Below are positions 24,675 through 35,261 of a stretch of 64,000 nucleotides of DNA, piece after piece. Made by a program: the position numbers and the translations under genes. The notes under the pieces were generated by a model, which was not told the origin of the DNA, searched no databases, and was given only the letters and a program-made list of their open reading frames with translations. Source of the DNA: Phoronis australis (Eukaryota; Animalia; Phoronida); contig NMRA01000509.1 of assembly GCA_002633005.1 (NCBI GenBank), positions 221,303 through 285,302 of the forward strand, read 5' to 3'. Every line of letters begins with the position of its first letter. Within the stretch, counting starts at the first letter, position 1.

Positions 24675-26910
24675 TTTTTTTTCAAATGTTGCCAGCGATT
24701 CAAGTGTCTTCAAAATTTGTATTTGTTGTCGCAGTGAGGACGCAGAAGGTTGTATGTTGTCCGTCGATAGAGGGCGTGAGAAACTCTGAAACCTCCATAT
24801 GACTTTCGTACAGCGGTATAACGGGGTTAGGGTTAGGGTAGTGGATGGGTATAATGGGAATACTGTAGCTGTGAGCAGTCTGTGGTACATAGGTATAATG
24901 GGGTTAAGGTTGCTGTGAGCGGTCCATATTACATAGGTATAGCCTAATGTGGTAACTGTTGTTGTGAGAAGTCTGTAGTACAAAGATATAATGGCGTTAA
25001 TGCTGTTATAAGCAGTGTGTAGTATATAGCTATAATGGTGTTAATATTTCTATGAGTAGCCCGTAGTGCATAGGTATAATGGGTTTAATATTGCTATAAG
25101 CAGTCCGTAGTACACAGTTATAATAGGAAATATATAGACGCTGAGGTTGGCCAATAATGAAATATATCAAAAAATCAGGAACCCCAACTGGAAATCGAAC
25201 CACAGATCTCTAGATTGCCGGTCTAGCGCTCTCACCACTGAGCTACTGAGGACCCGATTATTTGTGCAATTACTGTTTACAGCCAACTGTTAAGTCATAC
25301 ATCCCATGAGCGGCGTTTCGCCTTTTTCAAATCGCTCCAAGGGATCGCGGTAGGCGCCAGTCTACGTCTTAAATGATTACAGGGCGGTTGTACTGCGGAA
25401 ATACGGCGGTGAGGGAAGAGCTGCTGTGGTCCTTATGGTGCCGCGGCGGTCATTACGGTGTCGTGCCGATACCAATGCGGATTGGCCCAACCCCGCCGGC
25501 CGCCGTTGGCACTGCGGAGATTTTGAACATGTTCGAAGTTTCCGCCGTGTCACAGCAAAGATCCGCGGTTTTGACAAGTTTCTGCGGTGCTACGGAGACC
25601 AAAGGCGGAACCACTGCGGAACCACGGCGATCATGGCGGTGCAACTGCGGCCGTACAAGCACCGCAGGCGCACTGCACCTCCAGTGTGACGGGTATAAGA
25701 GAAAGTCATCTCATTAGAGATGTACCGGTGCACTATTGTGTCTCTCTCCCATGACTGGCATTCCTGTTAGTTAGAGAAAATCAGTAGCCCGATTAATAGT
25801 ATGAAATGTATGTGACGTAACATACTGTACATCAGTTTTTATATAACTACAGCTGGTACATTTTACTGGCGGACTTAGAAGGGGGCCAAAGGGACCAGGG
25901 CCCCCTAAAATTCTGCCTGATTCCATTTGGCAGTTCGGGAGTGTGAATGTCTCACGGGTAAAATCCTGGATAATACTCTGCCTTTGCCCCCCAACTCAAA
26001 ATCCTGGATCCGCCCCTGGACCACAACTACGGACGCGAGAGCCCTCACTGCATGTGAGCCATCGGATGTTACCGAGAGTAACCCATTGTTGCCGTATCAC
26101 TGGCCGATTCAGGATTGTTGTCCTTTGGAATTCAGTTGACGTATTATACAGTTAGGCCTGTCGTACTAACAACGGCAATTTACTGTGAGGTGGTCGAAAA
26201 TAAGCTGTACCAAACTAGTAGACTTAAAGACAGGCAAAAATGAGCCAACTGCCTTTTAGATATGTTAAACACATGTATTTTTATGCAACATATCTTTGTT
26301 TCGTTTTATTCCACACAACCACTAACTAAGTACTACATATTTTATGCCCCCCATATTATGTGCCCCCATCGGAAACCCCTTTTATCCTCTCGACGAATCA
26401 CAGTAGACTGGTCTATTGACATCATCGTTGTGAGCAACACATTACCGCACTAACCACAACCTGAGCAGCTGATCGGCTGCCGGGACAGTAAAAAATCAAA
26501 TAATTTGCTCAAGGAACGTCACCAATTAGAAACATCGCCAACGTTAGGCATCAATGTCGATTGCTAATGCAGTTACTAAGCAGAACAATCGTGTCAGGCA
26601 AAGCAGGCTTAGCACCGAACAGCTGCGTAGATCTCGGATAGGATGCTATCGATTCACTCACGACCGACGACGAACTAATTTTCGAAGTACTTGCACCCAT
26701 GTAAAATGCCATACAACAGCCATGTTTCGTACTAAATCTGACAACGGCAAGCTTACAGAACTCTGTGGTGGAAAAATATTAATTTCTACCAACAGAGTAC
26801 TCCCATATCAATACCTTCTTCAATAACCTGTCACCACATGTGGTCATTAATTTTTTCCAAAGATTCAACATATTCAATTTAAATCTTTTTCCGGTCGACT
26901 CCCACCCCAT
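24675..26910 (+). repeat. Segmental repeat block, copy 2
   Basis: Direct copy of 22690-24137. Its ~25346-26910 part is the reverse complement of 32842-35100. Confidence 0.9.
25177..25255 (-). repeat. tRNA-derived repeat, copy 2
   Basis: Anticodon arm CTAGA-CCGGCAA-TCTAG; A and B boxes present. Confidence 0.7.
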
Positions 26911-27002
26911 GTGACTGTTAAGTCGTACATGCCATGTGCGGCGTTTCGCCTTTTTCACACGGGACTTAACAGTTGGCTGTAAACAGTAATTGCACAGATA
27001 TC

Positions 27003-27081
27003 GGGTCCTCAATAACTCAGTGGTGAGAGCACTAGACCGGCAATCTTGAGACCTGTGGTTCGATTCCCAGTTAGGGATCCT
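27003..27081 (+). repeat. tRNA-derived repeat, copy 3 (inverted)
   Basis: GGGTCCTCAATAACTCAGTGG...GGTTCGATTCCCAG. Confidence 0.65.
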
Positions 27082-27185
27082 GATTTTTCTGTGTTTATTT
27101 GATAAGTTATAATGGGGTTAGTGTTGCTATGAGCAGTCCTGTGTGTAGCATTCCCTGTTGACACTCTACAGCGTCCTGAAATGCT

Positions 27186-27326
27186 GGCGTGCGTTCAGTA
27201 GACGCTAGGACCTAGCTAAAACCTTGTCAAAGTCACGTGTTTTCATTTAAAATGCACGGCAATATCTCACGCAATGTTGTGAAGTCTTGCTTTTTAGCGA
27301 GGTCCTAGCCTTACTGAACGGGAGGC
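27186..27326. mobile_element. Short MITE (~140 bp)
   Basis: Inverted ends CGTTCAGTAGACGCTAGGACCTAGCTAAAA / TTTTAGCGAGGTCCTAGCCTTACTGAACG. It interrupts a sequence found uninterrupted at ~51046-51122. Confidence 0.7.
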
Positions 27327-27436
27327 TGGCTTCCTCTCCCTGCACTTACTGAGATTCTGGTTTACTTCATGGCCGCCGCAGTGTCACTGGCTTCGCGTCG
27401 TGTTAACACACACACTAAGACTTCTGATATATTTAA

Positions 27437-29111
27437 AGGAGAATGCCACCCGATTTAATTAGCCTTTTTTGCCGTTTTAATCGGCCTATATCCACATCGC
27501 CTCGCATACGGTCGACCTTACCTTGCCAAGAGGTGTCATGTTATCCTGTGAGGAAGGTGAGTAACGACGTTAGCGACGTCAGTGGTTCATATGTAGAGCG
27601 AATGCCGCTATGTTGCGGTCCATCGTTCACGCTTGTCCGAACTAAGCAGCTTCGAGGAAAGCGGGTATATCGTTTTTTTACTTCCTCGAGAGTACGAAAT
27701 GCTTAGGAAGTGGCTCATGGTGGTGAAGACTGAAATGTACGCTGTAAATAGCAAGTATGAGGCCGTGAAACACCTCCGTGTCTGTGGCCTGCACTGAGAC
27801 GTCGACAGTGCCTGACGAATGACGGCTTACCAAATAACTCCATACGTTCCGTTGTCTGAGCTTGTTCACGGCGCCTCTCTAGTATTTCTTCATCACTGTA
27901 TTCCCGTTCGAATTGGTAGCCTGTAAAACTTAATGATCCACCTGCAAAGTCGGGACTGATGAGCTCTAGCTCGTCCTAAGTCGGGATTGCGAGTTGCCAT
28001 GTTGGCGTTTATTAGTGAGCGTTCTCAGGCTATTTCAAAATGAATTATTCTCACCTAACCAATACTTATATAAAACTGAAACAAAGTCTGTCTCATTAGA
28101 TGCAATTTGTAATGCCGTTGGAGTGTACTTCGTGAGTGCAAATGATTTTAGAAGCCAGAATAAATCACTGCGTTACCGGCTTTAAGTGCAATGACACCGA
28201 GGCCGTGTGAGTTCATGCCGTAAGTGTTTGCTGGCAGAAACTGTTGTGAAACAACTCGATTTTCATCCCACGGCCAGGTGTTAGGGGAATCTTTATTTAC
28301 ATTTACATTACTCAAATAATGATTGTCAATGTACAACTTCAGCCCTGACGGTCGTTGTGGCCATGAAAGCGGAACCTGAATTCGCGGCCCCCGACGAGTA
28401 AGTAGATTTGCAGTTTCGTGACTAATTCACCAACATAATCAGGTGCACATTACTTTGGCTCACTAGTATAGTATTTTCTTGACTGGAAGTTTAATTTCCA
28501 CTGAACTTTGGCTGGTTTATGTTCGTAATGTCTGATCAGTTTCCGAGCCGCGTACTGGCCGGGATAATGAGTCAATCCGGCCGGCCGCGACAGGCCTGAT
28601 CGGGCTCCGAGCCACTGGCCAGGATAACAAGCGTTTTGTGTTTAAAACTCAAAAACTCACAAGTCTAAACAACACAGATCTAGGTTCTCCTGTCTGTATC
28701 TCACGGAAAATACTTCGAAATTATCTCCGAACAGACCCCACACTCCTGCTACGGACCTTATTGGCCTGCCGAACTTTGTTGGCTACAGTGTGTCCATATA
28801 CCAATACATCCGTAAGAGCGAAATAAAACAACACGTTTTTATAAGAAGTCGGTGTATTTTTAAGGCTTTTACATCGAAGTTTGGTAATTTATTGGTGTTA
28901 AACGATGACTTCAAGCGATAAGCTGACACCAGTAACCCACGTTGTGAACTGCTGAACAGACTGCGTGTGAAACCGATGACGTCATTGGATAATTTCAACA
29001 CCTCCGTCTGCCGTCAGGTGTCAGGTAACGCAACCGTACGTGTCGTTATGGAGTAGAACTACTCGATCTAAATTGATACAAATTAGGTTGTTTTTTGGGT
29101 GGCGTGCTCCT
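27437..29111 (+). mobile_element. Kolobok-type THAP element, copy 2 (diverged from 13101-14788)
   Basis: TTAA flanks. TIR AGGAGAATGCCACCC / GGGTGGCGTGCTCCT. Collinear with copy 1 along its length. Confidence 0.85.
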
Positions 29112-29129
29112 TTAATATGCTAGATATCC

Positions 29130-31462
29130 ACGCATTGATTGGGCCAAGGTGCAAAGCACCAGATCATTGTGTTCTTGTTTTAATGTTTAAAATCTCCTCG
29201 CCTGGTGTGTGTTGATCTGGTATCGACAGACCTATAGATTCAGATACTCTTTCGAAAAAACGTTAATATGACACCTCCAATATCCCGATAGAATTTAGTA
29301 ATAACGTGACATTTATTGAAGATATTTTATGTTTAATTGATTCATTATTGTAATCCTTTGAACACGAGAACCAACTTAATACAGTGTATCAGTCATTCGT
29401 TGACAAATTAACTAAGGAAATGGATTCCTTGCTGGATTACAAGGAATATTATCCGAGTCGTAAACTAAGAAAGTATTTCGGAACTTAACGATTCGTGGAA
29501 AAATTTAATTACATTGAAAACATCTTTCAAGACTCATGCGCCCACCCAGTCTTTAATATGGGGGCTCGAATTTCTGACGATGGGGACCTTTTGCTGACAA
29601 AAAGCCGGAGAAATAAAAAAAAAACGTGTACCACCTTCACTGTGCGAAAAATGGGACCAAAACAGTTGAGAAGTTCCCCTAAAAGTCTTAGATTCAACTA
29701 ATGAAATAAACTCTGATAGGAATTTTGTTCTAAATAAATGGAAAAGTGATTACGAGCAATTACTTAAATGCACTTCTGAAAGTGCACCAGTTGGTGATAG
29801 ATTTTCTTTGAAAACCTTGAATTTGCGCAAGCAGCTAGAAAATGATTATTCTAATAATTACAATTGATCATGGCATAAATTTTGAAATCTCTGTTCATGA
29901 GGTTAAAAATAACAAAACCGTCAGCTATGACTGTATACCTTATGATGTGTTAAAATTCGAAACCATTTTTGTTTTTCTAACCCAGTTGCTTAATGAATCT
30001 TTTAAACGTGGACTACTGCCGTGTAATTAGTATAAGGCAGTTATAATGCCGATACCTAAGAATTCTACAGACGACCCTAGAATATCTTTGAACTACTGTG
30101 GGATTAGTCTTCTTTCAAATATTTATAAATTATTCAGTACAGTGTTGAATAATAGAATTGTGGGTTTCTGTGAACAGAACAATATTTGAGTTGACCAGTA
30201 AATGGTTTTCGAAGCCAACGGTCCTGTATTGACTTATTTGTCCTTTCATCAATTATTCAAACAAGAAAGTCGTCTAACCTTTCTACATTTGTGACATTTG
30301 TGGACATGAAAAAAGCTTTTGACTGGGGAAACCATGAACTTCTGTTTTATAAATTACAACAAAATAATATTAATGGTAAAATGTATGATGCAATTCGTAT
30401 GGTTTGCACAAGTCCGTTGAACTCTATGCGATTAAATGTTACTCTGTGTGGTGGTTGGTTCTCTCCTGAAAATGGTGTCCGACAGGGAGACATTTTATTA
30501 CCGACACTCTTTGCCTTATATATTAATGAATTAGCTCTGGAAATTAAAATATTGGGTAAAGGTTTCCAATGTGGCCCCAACAATATTTCATTGCTTCTTT
30601 ATGCCGACGATATTGCACTTTTGTCTGAGAATGAACATGACATGCAAGATATGTTGAAGGTCGTAAACAACTGGTGTAAAAAGTGGAGAATGGTTGTAAA
30701 CACGGCAAACCTAACGTTGTCCATTTTCGAGCTAAGTGTATGCCTAGAAGCTAGTTTGGATTTATTTTAATCAGTGTCATTATTTGTAAATCCTCATACA
30801 AGTATTTAGGCCGTATTCTGGATCAACAACTTGACTTCAAAGAAAATTTGAATACGTTATCTGAAGCCTCAAGTAGAGCGTTAGGGAAGATACGCTCAAC
30901 ATTCCATGTTAACAGGACTCCAAACGTTTAAAACATTATTCAGTTCGTGTGTGGCACCAGTTTTGGACTTCGGGTCATCTGTTTGGGGTTACAAAAATTT
31001 TGGTAATGATGAAATTACTCAAAACAGAGCTATGCGTTTTTAAATTAGGGTCAACTGATTTACAGCAACTCATGCTGTTATTGGTGATATGGGGTGGGAG
31101 TCGATCTGAAACAGACTTAAATTGAATATGTTGAGCCTTTGGAACAAATTAATGATCCCAGGTGGTGATAGGTTACTGGAAAAAGGTATTTATATGGGAG
31201 TACTCTGTTGGTAGAAATGGTTGGATAGACGGTATCAAAAAATTTCAGTGTTTAACATAACTGGAATGCAATCCTGTTTTCAAAATTTGTAACAAAGTGC
31301 TAGAAACAAACTATTTGAATACTCGAAACATGTTTGGGGTGAGTCTGTTGTAACAAAACCCAAGTTAAGAACCTACATTTTATTTAAGCACGAGTTTTTA
31401 ACTGAACCCTATGTGAAGCTTAATCTATATCGTTCCGAGCGATCTCTTTTGACTCGGTTTAA
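29130..31462 (+). mobile_element. Decayed non-LTR retrotransposon (CR1/L2 group) ORF2 with reverse transcriptase
   Basis: Motifs FVDMKKAFD, GVRQGDILLPTLFALYINEL and LLYADDIALL at 30291-30770. Many stops and frameshifts lie elsewhere. Confidence 0.9.
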
Positions 31463-31510
31463 AACAATACAATACAATACAATACAATACAATACAATAC
31501 AATACAATAC
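31463..31510. repeat. (AATAC)n microsatellite
   Basis: About nine copies. Confidence 0.95.
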
Positions 31511-31569
31511 ACACGCTTGCACTGGAGCAGCTTTTTCGTGTTAGCTGCGCCGGGTCATCTGTCTCTCGT

Positions 31570-32830
31570 GTATTATTATTATTTATTTATTGTAGTGACA
31601 TAAGGGTGCCAGTAAATACAATCTCAAAGACAGAATATTCACCACACACCACAGCCTCAATGGGCGTACTCAGTTAATAATTAAACCATTACATAACAAA
31701 TTGCACGCGCTCAAATATGACCACTTCAGACTATTTTATAAACAAATACTTACTTCTAAGCTGCAAAGCGTCTTGAATGACGCTAGACCGTTCAAGTTAT
31801 TTTGGAATGTTTGAGGTACGGCATAATTCGTATAAAAATGGTCGAATGTGAGTATATTTTTCACAGTCAAAAATTATAATTCAACTTCATCTTCAATTCC
31901 GTTTTTACAAACACGACAAATCTGTTCATTCACAGGAATTCCGAAGTATCGCCCCACCTCAACCTCTAATGGTAGAATACCTGCTCTCAATCGAGCTATG
32001 ACGGACCTCTGAGACACCGGTAGACGTAAATACTCTTCTATACAATAATCATTCTTAACCGATCTATAAAAGTACAATTTTGGTTTCACAGTGATTATTT
32101 TTAACCAGTTTAACTCTTCTAACTGGAACCTGAATGTTTTGAAGTTTTCTAGAGACCCAATTTGTAAGTTCCTGAAGTTTCTAAAAAAATCGCATTTCTC
32201 CATAATTTTAACTATTGAACTTGATCAATTGCAGGAGTTCCGATGTTTAAAGTCCCATAAAAAGACTTCTTTGGAAATCTGCTTTCATCCATTAGAACTA
32301 AACGATTCCAGAGCCTTAGCATATGTTCATGTTGTTTGTAGTGTGAATTTGGTCAACCTGAGTTGCCACAAAATACTGCATTGGCAGCACACTTGTGGAC
32401 CCCTAAAAATATACGTAGTGCTCTCGTTCTGATCATTTTGCATTTGGAGTATTGAGAGTATCCTCAAATTCCAGATCCATATTCTAGAATTGAAGCTACT
32501 GACATTTCAAAACTCTTACTGTAACTGTTGAAACCCATGTTACCATTATGTTTTTACTTGCTCACCAGAGCTTCCAACGCTCTGGACGCAGAATCTGCCA
32601 GTATCCCAGCTGTCAAACAGAAATCCATAAACTCGTTCAGAGTTACAACCAGATATTTATAACATTCTCTTAAATTCACCATGCGATCGCACAAAATGAA
32701 TTCAAAACTCGTTCTTACATGTCCCCATCAGAATTGACACCTTTGCTACAACTGTTCATATCATCAATCAAATCATTTATGAAAATTGAAAACAATGTAG
32801 GCGACAATGGATCTCCCTGTCTGACCCCTC
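31570..32830 (-). mobile_element. 5'-truncated decayed LINE (CR1/L2 group), minus strand
   Basis: Minus strand reads GVRQGDPLSPTLFSIFINDL near 32830-32765 and the C-terminal motif RLRAGILPLEVEVGRY...ICRVCKNGIEDE. An AAT-rich tail lies at ~31570-31590. Confidence 0.85.
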
Positions 32831-32841
32831 TTTGTTAGTGG

Positions 32842-35100
32842 TGATATGGGGTGGGAGTTGACCGGAAACAGATTTAAATTGAATATGTTGAGTCTTTGGA
32901 ACAAACAAATGACCACATGTGGTGATAGGTTACTGAAGAAGGTAATTATATGGGAGTACTCTGTTGGTAGAAATTAGTATTTTTCCACCACAGAGTTTGG
33001 TAAGTTTGCCGTTGCCATATTTAGTACGAAACGTAGCTGTTGTATGGCATTTTGCGTGGGTGCAAATATTTCGAAAATTGGTTCGTCTGTCGTGAGTGAA
33101 TCGATACCATCCTATCCGAGATCTACGCAGCTGTTCGGCTCGAAGGCTGCTTTACCTGACACGATTGTTTTACTTAGTAACTGCATTATGAATCGACATT
33201 GATGTCTAACGTTGGCGATGTTTCTAATTGGTGACGTTCCTTGAGCAAACCACTTGATTTTTACTGTCCCGGCAGCCGATCAGCTGCTCAGGTTGTGGTT
33301 AGTGCGGTAATGTGTTGCTCACAACGATGATGTCAATAGACCAGTCTACTGTGATTCGTCGAGAGGATAAAAGGGGTTTCCGATGGGGGCACATAATATG
33401 GGGGGGCTAAAATATGTAGTACTTAGTTAGTGGTTGTGTGGAATAAAACGAAACAAAGATATGTTGCATGTGTTTAACATATCTAAAAGGCAGTTGGCCC
33501 ATTGTTGCCTGTCTTTAAGTTTACTAGATTTTTACTGCTTTTTTTCGAGCATCTCACTGTAAATTGCCCTTGTAAGTACAACAGGTCTAACTGTAAAATA
33601 CGTCTACTGAATTCCAAAGGACAACAATCCTGAATCGGCCATTGATACGGCAACAATGGGTTACTCTCGGAAACCTTGCTCACAGTGAGAGCGCTCGCTT
33701 CCGTAGTTGTGGACCAGGGGCGGATCCAGGATTTTGAGGGCAGAGTATTAGCCAGGATTTTACCCGTCAGACATTCGCACCGAACTGCCAAATGGAATCT
33801 GGCAGAATTTTAGGGGGCCGTGGCTCCCATGGCCTTCTGCTAAATCCGCTTACCTAACAACGCAGCATCAACTCCATTCTGTTCCAAGCTATCCAAACGA
33901 CATGCGCACAACCAACTTCTCGAGGGTGAGGAGTCACATTTCCTAAAGGGTCTAGATGAAAGAAGTGTGCCAGATGTAATTTTACCAATATTAACGACAC
34001 ACTCAATGCCGTTATGAAACCTTTTCATTGAAATCAGAAGTCGAATAACTGTTATATGTACCAGTTGTAGTTACATACAAACTGATGTATGTTACTTCAC
34101 ATACAATTCAAACTATTAATCGGGCTACTGATTTTCACTAATAACGAAACAATCTTCCTAAACGCAGAAGCGAAACTGGGAAAAAGTCATTTTCCTACAG
34201 CGGGCCCTTTTTATGGAACTCTTTCCCTGCAGATGCCAAATCTACATCATCCTTTCTAACCTTTAAAAGAATTAGAAGAAATAGATTTGACTTCATGTAG
34301 TGTCTAAGAATTGCTTGTTTGTTCATTTGTTATTGATATACTGTCTTACTTTTATTAATTATCTATTGACTGTTTTTAAATTTTTATATTTATATTTATA
34401 TTTTATTTAATTATCTGATCTTAATTTCTTTATCTTCTATTTGTCATATTTTATTTTTTATTTTGCTTCATCAGTCTTTCCGTGTTAATTTCTTATTCTT
34501 TGCTTATTACTTAAATTTGTCTTTCATTGTGTAATTCTGTTTTTGTCTTACTATCTGTTTGTTTTTTACTGAGGGCCCCCATGGAAAGCAGTGTGGACTG
34601 ATGGGGCTACCCTCATTGTAAATATTACATTAATAATAATAGTAATGATGATGATAATGATAATGATAATAATAAGGAATGCCAGTCATAGGAGAGAGAC
34701 ACAACTGTGCACCGGTACATCTCTAATTTTTCGGATTTCCTGAGCAAACACCGTGATGACTTTCTCTAATACCCGTCACACTGGATGTGCAGTGCCACTG
34801 TGGTGCTTGTACGGCATAAACCGCAGTGGCACCGCCATGATCGCGGTGGTTCCGCCTTTGGTCGCCGTAGCACCGCAGAAAACTGTCAAAACCGCAGATC
34901 TTCGCTGTGACACGGCGGAAACTTCGAACATGTTCAAAATCTCCGCAGTGCCAACGCGGGTTGGGCCAATCCGCAGTGGTATCGCCACGACACCGTAATG
35001 ACCGCCGCGGCACCATAAGGACCTCAGTAGCACTTCCCTCACCGCAGTATTTCCGCAGTTCAACCGCCCTGCAATCGCTTAAAACGTAGACTGGCGTCTA
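32842..35100 (-). repeat. Segmental repeat block, copy 3 (inverted, with two extra insertions)
   Basis: Reverse complement of ~25346-26910, with inserts at ~33850-34050 and ~34145-34674. Confidence 0.88.
34145..34674 (+). mobile_element. 3' end of a CR1/L2-type LINE inserted into repeat copy 3
   Basis: Decayed ORF2 C-terminus (KKSFSYSGPFLWNSFPADAKSTSSFLTFKR-like), a 3' stem-loop GAGGGCCCCCAT...ATGGGGCTACCCTC and a (TAA/TGA)n tail. Absent from copies 1 and 2. Confidence 0.7.
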
Positions 35101-35242
35101 CGGCGATACGGTGGCGCGATGAAAATCACATTTGTGACGGGTAGGGAGAACTATAAAACACTATACTGGCGGTGTCACTACGGTGATGGCGGTTTTGACC
35201 AAAAACCGTAGTGGAACCGCGCCTCTGGTGTGACGGGAGCTT
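34768..35242. mobile_element. GC-rich MITE (PIF/Harbinger-like); truncated copies at ~23332-23680 and ~25340-25698
   Basis: Imperfect TIRs with core CCCGTCACAC / GTGTGACGGG. Confidence 0.6.
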
Positions 35243-35261
35243 AAGTCAACTGTTTTCCAAA

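Noticed and set aside
30291-30770. Reverse transcriptase ORF as part of a novel RT system (retron/DGR-like)
   Set aside because: Motifs and flanking decayed ORF2 sequence are those of an ordinary CR1/L2-group LINE with many stops.
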